Assembly (NCBI GenBank): GCA_964035545.1
Contig: OZ037773.1
Coordinates: 9,019,751 to 9,083,750, forward strand
Direction: 5' to 3'
From: Bugula neritina
Lineage: Eukaryota > Animalia > Bryozoa
DNA: 64,000 bases
Shown: piece after piece, positions 38,079 through 52,700 of the stretch
How the letters are laid out: each line of letters begins with the position of its first letter
How positions within the stretch are numbered: the stretch's first letter is position 1
Made by a program: the position numbers and the translations under genes
The notes under the pieces: model-generated
What the model was told of the DNA's origin: nothing
The model's input: only the letters and a program-made list of their open reading frames with translations
Databases searched by the model: none

Positions 38079-38095
38079 GCTGTTACTACTACTAT
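37835..38095. repeat. (CTA)n tract upstream of the acceptor (38114) of the first Smad coding exon
   Basis: Directly visible. Confidence 0.95.
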
Positions 38096-38351
38096 CATAA
38101 ACTTTAACTTGTAGGTTGACTGGGATCCACTGAAATCATTCTCTACCAGATGACTCATGCAAATGGTATTCATATGCAGACACAATTACTCAGCTTCCTG
38201 TAGCAGCTTCTCCTGACAAGACAAGATTTCCGCCATTGAGTCGAACAGGAAATGCCTGTCTCGTTGCCAGAATAGTCGAGCAAAGCTGACGGCCCACTCC
38301 GTGGCCGATGTCCCCACTTCCATGCATCTCGAATGTTTTGGACTGGATTGT

Positions 38352-41300
38352 ATGAGACGACAGAAGAGAAATCAGCTGGTACGTGATATATGGAGACTGG
38401 CAGCTAGTGGGGACAGCGCGGGACGCCCCACACCCCCTCCCTCCTCCATGCACTCAATAAACTCTTTAGACATGCAGATCAAATCTACTTTGAACTCTTT
38501 ACTGAAACGCCTGGATGTGGAAGAGCTAGAGACGTTGTTAGAGTCGGTGAAGTCGAAGGGGAGGGCTCACACCCCTTGTGTTCATCTCCCGTCATTCTTC
38601 CACCTTCACAGTAACAGCAGCCGGTGCAGTGACACTGAGATATGTACTGAATACACGTCTGATATCAACCTGCAAGCACCTGTCTGCGCACCTTGTCTTG
38701 GCAACAGAGAGGATGTTAGCTGGGTGGTGTGTCGGGCTTTGCGGTGGCCAAATCTCCTCCATGTCGACCCCCTGAAACAGATGCCCAACTGCCAGATACC
38801 GGCAGTGGTGGATAAAACTCCCAGTGGAGGGGGGACCGAGTATGACAGGAAATCTCACCTGCTATGTGTTAACCCGTATCATTGGTGCAAAGTCAGTGAC
38901 ATTAGTACTGGTAGGTCTGTTTGTTCTAGTGCTTAGCAATGTTGAAGGAGTGTAGAATATCAATCAACTGTTGTATACAGCTAGTCGCTACTTGCCTACT
39001 TGCTTGTTAGTCAGTCACTGTGGTTCAGCTAGTCAGTCACTGTGGTTCAGCTAGTCAGTCACTGTGGTTCAGCTAGTCAGTCACTGTGGTTCAGCTAGTC
39101 AGTCACTGTGGTTCAGCTAGTCAGTCACTGTGGCTCAGTTAGTCAGTCACTGTGGTTCAGTTAGTCCAGCTGGTGTCTTCAGGGTGGAGGAATAAAACTA
39201 CATGCCGTAACAGCTTTTTCACCACATAATCTTAATAAACCAGAGCAATGCAATAATCTAGCTAGTAATCTGCATATCTGCCACCATAATCTCCTGCCAT
39301 CTTACCACCCCTTACGTGTAACGCCAACAAATCCAGCAAACCTCTAGGGATTTGCTAACTAAATTTCACACCTCCACCTGCTTTATAGCCTGGTTAGTTG
39401 TTATTTTGGCAACTAAAAATAATAAGAAAAAAGTTAAATAAATCTTATATGTTCAAATTTCCTGGAAGTTTTGGGTTTTATGGATGATTTGGTATTACAT
39501 TGTCTCTCTATTTTATATAACATTCGACTAGAAAAAGTACTATTATTATCTTACTACCACTAGTACTGCCATTACCTTAGTACCTCTAGTACTGATAGTA
39601 CCTCAGTACCACTAGTACTGATAGTACCTTAGTACCACTAGTACTGATAGTACCTTAGTACCACTAGTACTGATAGTACCCCAGTACCACTAGCACTGCT
39701 ATTACCTCAGTACCACTAGCACTGATAGTACCTCAGTACCACTAGTACTGATAGTACCTCAGTACCACTGTATCTCAGTGATACTCCTCACTAGCCACTC
39801 TTTGCCTCAATACAAATTATGAATGGAATGACTTTCCTGTGCTCTACTGGTCAGAAACAAAGAGCAAATTTATCCCTTTGAATGAATACGGAGACCGTAG
39901 TATTACTTCTGCATTTGCATTGCTACCACTATCGGGAGGGTAAAATACTTCCCCTACGCTACGTAGTCCTCAGTCTATTCAAATAGTCAGCCAAGATGTT
40001 TTTCTCCAAACTGTAACTGTTGGGAGGTTTGTGATATTGGATATGCACATTATGTAGCTTACAATAGTAATTTGAGCCAGTGTTACGGCATAGTTTAATC
40101 TTACTGCATTTATAGTACCCAGTGATCTTACAGGGGATATGCGACTTGCTTAGTCTAAACATCACCAGTTAGTCTCCTGAAGGTTTCAACTTGCATGTGT
40201 AGTGAGTTTTGGCACAGTTTTGCAATTTAGTTTTTTATCATCATTCTAATGCCGAATGCAGAGTGCTAGTGGGAAGACACAAACTGCTGGTTTGCTGTAT
40301 ATACAGTATGATTTACCAACCTTGAGTTTTGTCTCACGGTTGGAGTCCTTGTTTTGTCTCAAATGTCAATTTCTAAACTGTTTTTATTTTCTGATCCCCA
40401 CTATCACTTCATGGGTAGATAACGCTGTCGCTGGCTGTCGCCTGCCAGCCCAAACATATCTGTCCCAGTTTTTCATTTTCATTGTTGGCGGGTTGTCAAC
40501 ATAAAAATCTTTAGGTTAACTAAAATTCTTTGATCTTCAAATCCCATTGTTTAGCAAAATCACTCCTAAGCAGTGAGTAGATACTAAAAGTACTCATTCA
40601 CTATTAAGTGAGTCACTGGGTTAGTGAGGGAATGACTCACACCTAGAGTGACTAACTAACCTTATCTTCACAGACTTCTAAATGCAAACTTGCGCTATGG
40701 TAATGGCTGTTGCAAAGCTGTAGCAATAAAAAGCAATCAAAATGATGTATTTAACTAGTGAATGTAATGCTGACTATTCCAGTAAATAATCCATGGTGTA
40801 CGGGAGAGTGGTGGAAGTTTAACAACTATCCTTGTAGTTGATGACTTGTGTTTTGCTAGCCATCACTTCTGACATTCTATTCTATCTCGGCCTCATTAGT
40901 TCAACTGGAAAATAACTCAATAAATGTTAGGAGTTACTCACTCTATGTAAAGTTTCGCTATAGTAAGCCCCTTGTTGTGGACTATACAAGTTACAATACT
41001 AAATATTAGCTATAGGGAGGCCTAAATTATAATTGTATTATTCTATAAAATGCTGTCTGACCATTTCATGTTTCCTCTCTTCTTGGTGTTTGGTGATGGG
41101 TCTTTTTAGTTACCCAAGTTATTGTCGGGGAGCTTTCACGCATGAGAGCAATTTTATCCACTCACTGCTATAATTGTGATTTTGACTGACTCCTGTCTAA
41201 ATTTTCATTCTCGGATCTGAAACTCCCTTCATATATTAAACATGACACTGTTACAAGTTTGTGTTGTGAGTTGTGTACTCTTTAATGTCAAATGTTTTGT

Positions 41301-44219
41301 CACACAGATCTGAAACCATGGTCAGAGGAGATTATTCAGTCAAAGGATATTCAAATCGACAAGAAGAACTCAGATTTTCTCACTCAGTCATCAACTGATA
41401 CAGGTTGGTTAAATCCTAAAACTCTTGAGTCCAGTTACAGCTGAATTACTAACACAAAAATATATAAATACAGGTTCAGAAAATAAGTTTTACCAAATTA
41501 AATAAGGTGATTTAAAGGCCGTTGCTGGTTCTCAGGTTGTTACAATGACTTCAAACAAGCTATAGTTCAATGAGGTCTTGGTTTACAATTTACCTGAAAA
41601 CTAAATAAAAACAAACGAGAAATCTCTGTCCACGCAGCTCTAAATTTGTGAAGCTCTGTGACTGCTTGCTGGTGATAAGAGAGCTAAGTTACTATCAGTC
41701 CGACTTATTGTCACGGAAGTGGCCTCCCTGCTCCCAACTCCCGAGTAAATATTAACATTCCAAATTTATCTTTATCTCGGGTGATCAGGCACTAATTTCA
41801 TCTGCTTATCTGCCCAATCACCTGCCCTGTCTGCCATGTCATAACTCTCGGTGAAGCACTTGCTCCACTTGACAGTAAGTTCTGTAGGGATAAATAATAC
41901 ACCCTTGCGTTACACCCACTCACCTAGTGCTGCCCTTAGCCTAGTGCTGCCAGTAGGGCTGACTCTGGAGCCACTTTATCTATGCTGTTGTCTAGAGAGG
42001 AAGTTTTAGCATTTATTGCATCTATTGTTGGCAGAACATTGCTTGCTATACTTTTACTACACTGTTATACTAAAGCTGAATTCAGTATTGAAGCACCAAA
42101 TTATTGTTAGTCAATTTATATTTATAATCCACAGTTCTATGGATTTACTACTTATTCCTGAGAGCATGTTCTTTCCAGATACACCTAAATATTTGGTAGC
42201 TCCAAATAATTGTTTTTTCTCCAGGCTCACTTGCAAAATTATAGTATTTGTTTGTCTACTGGTCACTTTACTTGTTAGCTAAGAAATGAATGCTCTAAGA
42301 CACTCCATTATTACTTCTACTTATTTGTCACTTCAGCAAGTCTTATAATATCCCCCTAACATTACTTCATCTGCATGATCACTGGCACGTTGTTATTTCT
42401 GTATACAAGTTCACTTTGACATGTTGCCGTTAGACACTCCGTCTCTAGATAATTGTCTATAATCAACATAAATATCCTACATACTTGTCTAAATCATAAC
42501 ATTGATTTGTGTACTAAAACAACTGAGTGGGCTAGTTCATTTCCCCAATGAGCTGCAAGCAGACTCATAGCAGTCGGTGCTGTATACCTGAATACATCTC
42601 GCCTGTTGGAGACAGCTAGAGTGAGTCTAGTTCAAAACTATGATAATTCATACTAATTACCATACTATCGCGCCGTACTGTACACAATCATGACTGCGTA
42701 GTCTTGGGTTTAAACCTCTTCTCCCTTATCTACGCAGAAGAATATGCTAATGTCGTCTGGCATTCGCGCCAAGGCTAGGTGTAAGATTACAGTAAGCCGT
42801 TTAAAGAGTCACGTGACTAGTAAGCCAGGCAGGCTGGCGTCTGCTTAGCGACTGAAGCGAGCTATCAGATGGTTGCGACTCGCAGCCGGTCGTCCGCATC
42901 ATTGAATCATGGAGATTGAAGACTGATTTTGTACGTGATAGCAGATGTTGTTGGAGTAATGCTTCACTTGAAGATATCGAAGCGAGGCTGCGTTTACCCT
43001 TCAATATCAAACAAATAAATGACCTGACTCCATTGTTATTTGTTCCCCAAAGGCATAGAGTGTATTCTTTAGTCTCCATCCATATTTCATTCATTAACCA
43101 TTCTGCTGTCATTTTTATTGCGCCATTAATCACGGGCTAGCAGTCTGCTAATTACATAGAATTATTATATCATAATTTAGTAGTTACTAAAAACCACTTT
43201 ACTAGTTAATGGCTTGTTCCATTCTTTTGATTTTTAGTACTACTCCACGTATTTCCAAACTGTTATAAATTGAAATCTATGTCTTTCGTTTTGATATGTT
43301 GAAATTGTAGATACTGATCATGATATTTAGGATGTATTATATATAAACGAAGGCATTTTTTGGTTTACAAATTTTATACTGTTGGGTTGTCTACTCACAA
43401 CAGGTTGAAGTTCACATCCATAAAATATAGCATCATGATATATATAGCGGCTCAATTTTAACCTCACAGTTATTTGTGTAATTTATTAGAAAAGAATGTT
43501 GATATAAATAGAAAAACTACCAATATCAGGGTAAATCTATTGTCTTCATGATTACATTACATTATGCGTTGATACTTTTTTCTGGTATTTTATTACGTTC
43601 AAACTATTTGATGGCATATCGTGTGAAACTTAACCAATTTCTATATGTTTTAGAACTCTGCGGTGGTTGTCCTCTCTCAAGGCAAGAGTACTGGTGCCAA
43701 GTGGCTTATTGGGAGTTATCTACTCGAATAGGAAAACTACTACCCATTACTCCCACATCCATAGACATATTTCAAGATTTAGCTCAAGGTGGGGGGGTCT
43801 CACTAGACGCCCTTCATCGAACTCATCCGCCAGTCTCCAGCTCCGTGGAGTCTGTCAGGAGTAAGATAGGTGCGGGAGTGGTGCTGAGTAAAGAGGGGGA
43901 GAGAGTTTGGCTGTTCAACAGATCTGAAAGAGATGTATTCGTCAGCTCTTACTTCCTCAACTCCCATCGAACGGACACTCATACGTGGAGAGTTTGTAAA
44001 GTGACACCCGGATATGCTGTGTTAGTCTACGATTACAGCTCCATCGGTGACCAGCCTGGTCAACGAGGTTCGGCCGTGTGGGAGGGGCCAACTGACCTAC
44101 ATAGTGTACATATTAGTTTTATAAAGGGGTGGGGCGGAGCCTACTCCAGACAAAATATTCTCAACTGTGAATGTTGGCTTGAAATCCTTATGAACAAAGC
44201 TGTGTTTGCATACACGTAG
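38352..44219 (+). CDS. SMAD6: Inhibitory Smad (Smad6/7, Dad-like), ~406 aa
   Basis: Exons 38352-38910, 41308-41403, 43654-44219 (phases 1/1; an alternative in-frame ATG lies at 38322). The N-terminus MRRQKRNQLVRDIWR resembles the I-Smad KRS.LVRRLWR motif. MH1 motifs: LLKRL...ELETLLESV.S.G, CR.LRWP.L, CVNPYHW. MH2 motifs: WCQVAYWE, ISFIKGWG.AYSRQ...CECWLEI. No C-terminal SSxS. Smad6 versus Smad7 cannot be resolved for an invertebrate gene. Confidence 0.92.
39009..39165. repeat. 22-bp minisatellite (agtcagtcactgtggttcagct)
   Basis: Directly visible. Confidence 0.9.
39585..39770. repeat. ~26-bp minisatellite (agtactgatagtacctcagtaccact)
   Basis: Directly visible. Confidence 0.85.
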
Positions 44220-44940
44220 CAACAACTTAATAGATTGGGAATTCCGCTGCCTAATATACTTGAAAAAACTAACAAGTGTAATGTAATAATATGAGATTAT
44301 ATTTCGACTTTTTAGAGTCATAAAATTGTAAATAAGCTACATGTTACATCTACAGTATTGTCTGACCATAAAAGTTTACAGGTTTACATTTTGTTAGCAA
44401 TATTTCAAAGAAATATGGCACAACAATAAAATTGTACCAATTAGCCATAGGCCATTACTCTTATTACAAGTTACTGCTTTTTCTACCTCACAGTTTTAGT
44501 ATTTATTTTCATATTTTCTTATTAGGGTAATTTTTATTACTTGTCCTAGAGTTTTTATTTCTTGTATTGTATAATAAAAATTGGAATTAGCTGTTACAGA
44601 ATCTTATATTATTACCATGGCTATATCATTGCTGCAACTTGTAAATTACAAAATCCAAACATTAGTTAGCAATATATAATCGTAGTGTTAATATAAAAGT
44701 GTAGCAGTGAGTTAGATAAAAAGGAAGGATAACTCTGTAATTAATGAAGGCATCATCACTAAATTCTATAACCAACCAAGTACTGAGTTACTGCTGCAAA
44801 AGATCACAAAATATTTTAATGTCTTACATAAATAAAAACTTGAAAAAGTTATTGTGGAGAAGACTGTTTATGCTGAATTTAATTCATACTTTACATACTA
44901 TTAATTTTACACAATGGAATTCCTATTCAGGTTAATTAAC

Positions 44941-47900
44941 TTAATCACTTCGAATTTTGAAGACTGCTCCGGCTATGAACAACACTACGGCGAGTACGAT
45001 GGAAATAATCTCCACTGTTCCGTAAATTTTCATTTGACTAAAAAAGAAGATAACTTTCATTTGTATGTTTCAATGGCAGAAGAGTAGATTATTCTGCAAA
45101 AATTTTTGTTTAGCCAAACATTCGAAAGTGAATTTGTCAAAAGATATTGCAAAATTGATAATTTTATTAGTTTATAAGTGATTTTAGAAAGAACTTTGTA
45201 AGGCAACTATATATTAAAACTATACTTTCACTTCTGCTTAGTTCCATTAAAAATAGTATCATTTATTGGTAATCCCAGCAATAATGAGTAATTTAAGAAT
45301 TATCGTGTAGCATACAGCAGGAGATTGTTTAGTTAACATCCAGTAATATGGGGTAGTCTATGTTATCAGGTAATACAGTAATTTAGTAATACCATATTAT
45401 AGTAATACAGTAATATAGTAATATATTATAGTATTACAGTAATATAGTAATATATAGTAATACAGTAATATAAGAATATAGTAATGTAGAAATACAGTAA
45501 TATAGTAATTATACAGTAATATAGTAATACAGCGATATAGTAATATAAAAATATAGTAATATAATAATACAGTAGTATAATAATACAGTAATACAGTAGT
45601 ATATAGTAGTGCAGTAATATAGTAATACAGTAATATATTAATATAGCAATACAGTAATATATTAATGCAGTAATATAGTAATACAGTAATATAGTAATAT
45701 AACAATAATACAACCTCTTCCAGTAGGTGCAGCAGTACTGAGAAAAGTCACTCCCACAGCAATATCTTGCCTTGTCTTCGTCCGTCTTCTCAAAAGGACA
45801 AACGAAAGTCTTTAAGTTTTGATAACTGGTCCCATTAATGGTTATTATTTCAGCATTAGTACAGATGAAAGGGTCTATAATATAATATGATATAATATAG
45901 CATGACATAATATAGTAATATATAACATTATACATAACATAATACAATATATAATCTATATAGCAAGATATAATATAAATGTTATAGTATATTGTAATTA
46001 AGCTTTGCAGTTATAGTTATATATATACTGCATATAATATTTTAGCTGATCAGCTCAATAAAAAACTTGTATTACAGTTGCTAAGAGCAAGCATTACTGT
46101 AATAATTTTTTTATAATTTATAAAGAAATGCTGATCGTACATATATAAGAAATTTTATTTTCTGAATATTAAACATGAACAACATGTACGCATGCGCGGT
46201 TTAACAACCAAAGTTAGTTGATGCAGCTGTTCACTGCGATGAATGCTCTTAATGTTTTTTTTGGCAAAAATTGATATAATCAAGTTTTGGTGAAATATGC
46301 AGAAATTTCTTGACAGTCAGGTGCATAGATGTTACTATATGTTGCTATGACACCATTATTAAGTTAAGTGAACAACGAGACATAAAGTACTACTTTTTCG
46401 TTTGCCATTGAATCGAGCGTTGTAAGCATCCATTCCAATGAGCTTCAAGTTGGTGTGTTTATCCAGAGTTTTGTACCTTCCTATCCCCTTTGCTCTGGAA
46501 GTGCAAAATGTTAGATATTTCGCTCTATGTGATGAATTATATTTTGTCAAACACCTGAACTGATATAGAAATTTAATATATGCTCTCTATTTATAAACTA
46601 TATATGTGAAATAATTTAGCAGCTTTAAATTGAAATATTTTAGCTCAAATTTCAGTACAGTAATAATTACTTATATATATATATAGACTTCTAAATCCTT
46701 TTCAATAACTGAGTGGAAATCATATTGATAAAAAAAACTTCAGCTTTTATAGGACAAATTTTCAAAGGTTGTATATAAGTCTTTTTTAATATATAGTTGC
46801 AGTTATAAGAAAATATTATATAAATGTAAACTCCCAAGTCCTGCATTTTCACTTTACACGATATACTTAAAATTGCATGTAAACAAAAAAAGCCATAAAA
46901 AACTAAATTTATTTACAAGCAATATTATATATTTAAAAGTTGAAACACAAAAACTTACTAATATGTCATATTCTCAGTATAAATTACTCTTTTGAGGACA
47001 TACAATTATTACAACAAATTATAATATATCTACAACAATAAGTTGTTCTGATAAATCAGAAGTTATTATTCCATGAGACTACAACCCTAACCAATAGATA
47101 TGTTTGAAACACAAAATCAAGCTTATATACAAATATCAAAATAAGATTATTTACCCGCCATATCCATTGATTCCAGTACCAACATTTTTTCCGCTGTATC
47201 TAGACCAAGCTGAAACTGAGTTACCTGCAAGAGATGTGACATTTACATTTATATTTATAGAGCATAATATAGTTCATGACCTTGATATCCGAAATATTAC
47301 AATATATATAGTAAAAAAGTTACAATATATTAAAGCAATACAATATATCATAGTAAAATGAGTATAATAAAGCAATATAATAATAGTAAAAAAATTATAT
47401 AAATAGCATTACAATAGTAGAAGAATTATGTTGAACAGCACTCAATAGAAAAGCATCTATATAATATATATAACTCTTTATAATTGCCCCCCCCCCATCC
47501 CTGGTTCACACTTTAACTGCAGTAAACAATTCTTATTTATGGTGTTTCCTGGTAAGCTATTGTAACGGTCTGTACTATAGCACTGCTCTGGCAGGTACAG
47601 TTACCAATACTTGTTGTAAACATCACCTTGTAACCTGTTATATCTTGTATAAGCTGACTTTCTATAATTTGTTTGCTAAGCCCCAAGTCTTTTATGTCAC
47701 TTAAAATGTGGACTAAGTCATCATTCAATTAAACTGCTATTAACATGCATGTTATATTCCACCAAGGAAAAAGAAGAATGTACGCCTGTGTGACAGCTGA
47801 TAACTGTTGCTGTATCAGTACGGGTGCTGTTTGGCACGGATGCCCATGTATTGTGATTCACTTAATGAAGAGTGAATGGATGGAGGACACAGATGCAGGC

Positions 47901-48866
47901 CACAACTCTATTTTTGTCTATTGCCAACAGTATATTTTCTAAGTTAGACTTCATTTCATACTTGTACTCATACTTGTACTCATACTTGTACTCATACTTG
48001 TACTCATACTTGTACTCATACTTGTACTCATACTTGTACTCATACTTGTACTCATACTTGTACTCATACTTGTACTCATACTTGTACTCGTATTTTACTG
48101 TAACCTATAACCATGAAAATTACAAACATATTGTTAACTTAACATTAATTACATAGCTGATAAAAACATATAATTAATGAAGTTCAAAACAAAAGATAAT
48201 ATACTACTTGATACTTACAATTATTTTGACAATTAAGTATAGATTGCCTGCATCTTTAGCAGGAGGAAAACTGAGCTACACTGACTCATCTACCAAAAAC
48301 TGTCAGTAAATAGCTATCGCGAAAGCTTTCACAAATAGCTTTCGTTACACAATGGTTTTTGGAAAGCTGCCAGAAAGCCTCTGCAACAGCCTGTACTTAC
48401 TATGATTGGTATACTTGAATTAATAGCTATGAAATAAAATGGCAAATAGTTTTTCTATTAGTCAACTATTAAAGGTACAGGAATGCTTGATATTGGCAAT
48501 TTATTAAAGCAATAAAGTGAAATAGCAAATAAATTTTGCTATACATTATAAGTAAGCAAACTGCAGAAATGAATAATATGAAGTATTTTTGCAGATTAAT
48601 AAAATCATATGTTATGGTACTATATCAGAAAAGCTTATATACATTGCTGTACAGCATAGCCTATTTGAAAAGAAGTTGCGGTATATTAAAGTTGCAAATA
48701 GAGATCCATGATGTACCAACATAGAGCAAAGCAGTTGTGTGTAAGTTGACATTTATGTTATGATTTGTAGATAGTATATAGATATTATATACAATGCAGT
48801 ATACTTACAGAAATAGCACAGAAGTGCCAAAATGAGAAATATAGTTGAGTACTTTCCCGGCAGCAT
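44941..48866 (-). CDS. Shisa-like single-pass membrane protein (~181 aa, six-cysteine extracellular domain, minimal cytoplasmic tail)
   Basis: Minus-strand exons 48866-48809 (signal peptide MLPGKYSTIFLILALLCYF), 47224-47155, 46554-46394, 45874-45715 (FIC...FVCP...RYCCGSDFSQYCC), 45037-44941 (TM IISIVLAVVLFIAGAVF, then KIRSD*). Total 546 nt with consistent phases. Confidence 0.8.
47955..48090. repeat. 12-bp tandem repeat (tcatacttgtac)
   Basis: About 11 perfect copies. Confidence 0.95.
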
Positions 48867-49758
48867 GCTGACGACCTTTTTTAGGATTGACTAGCTTTGC
48901 TGCCGATCAACTTAATTGTAAGCTTTTGTTGTTTATTCTTTGAAAAGGTTTGAATTACAATCAATATTATAATAATGGACTAGGAATATTATGAATGGCA
49001 ATCAATGGCCTTTTATACATGCAGTATATTATATGCAGTGAAATTTGTTTCCGTCAGAACTTTGCACTGTGTTAACACCAACAAACTATAGCATTCAATA
49101 AAAGCCTGTTCAATAGTGTATTATATTGCTGCGGCATTGCCATATGGATATAACTATTTTTCATGATTTTATGAAATACATGTAGAAATGCTTATGCATT
49201 AGATTGCCCAATTTCACTGAGAGATTTTAACATCATTATATAAGAAAACATTCAATTAGCAAGTTGTGGTATGTGGCTGTTAGCGCTTATATATTGCTCA
49301 TGATGACACAATTTTTTTCTAATGTCAACATTTGTTTGATATAAATTATATGCATGCAGGCTTGAATTTAAAGTAGTTGATGCATGAGTTAAATATAGAA
49401 ATACTTTGGTTTGATCTTTATTTTCGGTGTTGGAATAAAGGACCAAATGATAGGTATCTGATAAGCTGAGTTATTCTAAAAGGGGCTATTGCAGTTTACA
49501 AAAATACAAAATTAATCACACAACTTTAGTATTGATTTGCATCATTATGTGTATAATAGTTATAATAATATTATTATAACGATTTATAATTTTTATAAGA
49601 CAACTTCAAGTCTCAAGTTTGGAGTTATGTCTTCTTCCAAACTTGACTTCCAACTCGGGGTTGCTTATAAAAATAATTATTATTCCAAGCTCTAGCTCTA
49701 GCGAGCAGTTTGTTGACGTTTATCAAAATACTGATACTGCTAATCATTAACCTGTGAA

Positions 49759-52700
49759 ATGCTTGCTAATAAACTGTAAGTAATTGATATAAAATATTGG
49801 CATCCAAAAACTGTGGTTAACTTATTTAAATTTGAAATTGCAATTAAAAAGCTTTTACTACCACTGCTAGTGCTACTATGCTAGTGCTAGTGTGTACCAG
49901 TGCTGTAGTCAGTAGCAGTACCTCAACACAGACACTCAACAGTCATTGTCAAACTCAACCGCAACGGTCATACTGATACTGATAGTCATAGTGATACTCA
50001 TAGTCAACCTGTTCCTGTAATCGTTTTCGGTCATACTCAATCTCATAGTCATAGTGGATAGTCATACACATTCATACTGTTAGTGTTTCTGTTAGACTAA
50101 GAGTGTAAGACTAAGAGTAACTTTAAGTGTAAGACTAACTCTAAGACTAACTCACTAAGAGTAAGTCACTTAAAAGTAAAACTAAATCAAATTGAAAATG
50201 CATCAGTATCTCTATCACTGATACTGATAGTGATAGTATTGGTTGATTTAGTTTGATTTGATTTAGTATCAGCGACAGTATCAGAGTATGAGCATGACTA
50301 TGAATGTACCTATGAGTATCAGTATGCGTATGGGCATAGCCATATGACCATGACCAATGGGCATGGCACATGGTGATGGAACTGGTGTTACTATTAGTAT
50401 TACCAATAAACCATAAGATTGAGCATCAGTATGACATTCACTATGAGTTATGATTCACAGTCACACTGACAATATGGCTGTTAGTAGTTAGTATAGAGTA
50501 TAGACTACTTTAAATTGGAGTATGAGCGTGATTTAGAGTAGTCGATGGGTATGAGTAACTCAGTCTAACTGTGACTCTGACTCTGAGAGTAAGTCCACCG
50601 CCATTATTTACTGGCTTATGAGACTGAGTATCACTATTAGTGTCACTCTGAGAGTGATGATACTCCTTATGTGTATATGGGTATCAGTATGAGTATGACT
50701 ATTTCTATGGCCCATAGGGCATAGGGAATAACTTTCATAGGCCATAGCTTATAATGATAGTGATAGTATGTGCTATGAAATGATTACCAGAATTATTTGA
50801 CTTGCAGTTATATTGACAGTTACTGTTTGTGTTACTCTTTCAATTTAACGCTTTGAGCATAAAATCTGATTTTTTAGTGTTGTAATTTTATAAAGTTTCA
50901 AATCTATGCCTTAAAACATACATACTTTTGATCCTGATATCACATATTTTGTGTGGTTTGTTTTTACGTAAGTCAATTGTTTTCCCGTAGGCTGCAGTGC
51001 TGCTTGTCTGTTATACGACCTTGTCAAGGTCAAGTTCGCTCTTTGGCCGCACTAAAGCCCAGGGAGATTCGAAATGCCAAACCCAGAGTATCTGTAGTGG
51101 GCTTGTATGTTAAGGAAAACTTCCAATCTATTAAATTTCAATATCCTCGTAAGCTTATTTTCTATAATATTTAGTATCCACATTATATTTTGTTTACTAA
51201 TTGTTCAACTTTTTTTTATAAAGAACACTATAAACTGTAGTTGGATTGCAATACGTATGCATGCTGTTAGGTGTTACAGTAGTTGATTCATACTAAGTTG
51301 CTACCACAAAGACTGAAAACAAAAAAGCAAACTTGAAATGAAAACATGTGTTATTTTTGAAATGATGCCTAGTTTCTCAAAGTGCTAGAAACTATACAGT
51401 GTAAAATATGTTACCTGATACAGCATCTTAATTATCATAGATTTAATTATTGCATACATGTGTTTGCAGTATGCTTTCCTATTACTCTGAGTTTCTTTTT
51501 GCAATAACATAATTAGATCACTTGAAGCTGATTTGGTTAAGCTAGAACTGCTAAGTGTAGTGTGCAGTGTGTGGATAGCTGATTGAGACTGTAGTGTGAA
51601 GTACATCCTGTACCAATTTGACTTGTTTTAGAGGCAAGTAACGCAGAGCTCTTCAAAGTCTTATCACAAAACTGGAACCAGCTCACATCTGACGAGCAAC
51701 AGGTGAGGATAACCCCTACACTCTCCTTAGATGTTTTCTATAGTTTTCACGCATTCTCTAAAAGGTAAATGCTGCACCAGTTTATGATTTTATTAAATGA
51801 GCAGATATTGTTTGTGAGCTGTAAGTGTTTGTGCAGATATTTTAATTCAAGACCCGAAAAAATGACATTCCTTAGTGATGTCTCATACCTCTTTGAGTTC
51901 TTGTTATTGGCTGGCTCTAGATGCGAGATTCAAAACCACTAAAACTACTTTAATTGTATCATTATGGTCTGTAGGTTGTTTAAATCACTTCTTTATGTTA
52001 TTCTAATGCTGCTATTGAGTTGACTGTTATAAAAGACTGGTTGTAATTGATCAGCACTTTTATACGCTGCTTCTGATTGGTAGATATACAGAGACAAGGC
52101 TGCCCAGCAGCAGCAAGTCTACAATGATGAATACGAGAGTCTGACAGACGAACAGAGGTATGACCTCATTGCTGAGAGGCAGCTGAAGGTCACTAAAAAG
52201 TTTGCAGCAAATCTTGTCAAGGTACAAGAGGTTATGACTTTATCTGTAGTGGAGGGCTTGCTGTACAGGTTCTCAAACCATGTTGTCAATTAGCTTGAAA
52301 ACCTCTTTTAATCAGGGGTTCCTTTAAGGATGGAGACTCTAAACTAGTGGAAGTTTGTAGTATTTACAGAGGAATCTGGAGGGTGGAAATGAAAACCTTT
52401 AACTAAAGGTTGTGTGAAACTAAATGAAAGGAAGTGTAACTGAGAATTTTGAACATCTAGATTTGGGAAAGAATTTTCCAGCAGTTGTGATCTACTTGAA
52501 AATCTAGTATCCGCGACAATAGTTTTGTGAACAGCTTATGTACAGCTAAACCTATGGTTATTTAATTTTATACTATGAATATACTCCTCAATACTATTTA
52601 CTGTTTATGTAAACCTGGTTGTGCAAATAAATGGAAGCTGATAAGTTTTAGAAGTTTTGTGACAGATTTCTGTCTCTCTTGTGTCATCAGAAATATTGCA

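Noticed and set aside
37769-38185. Poly-V/T/L ORFs
   Set aside because: They are trinucleotide-repeat artefacts in the Smad 5' intron.
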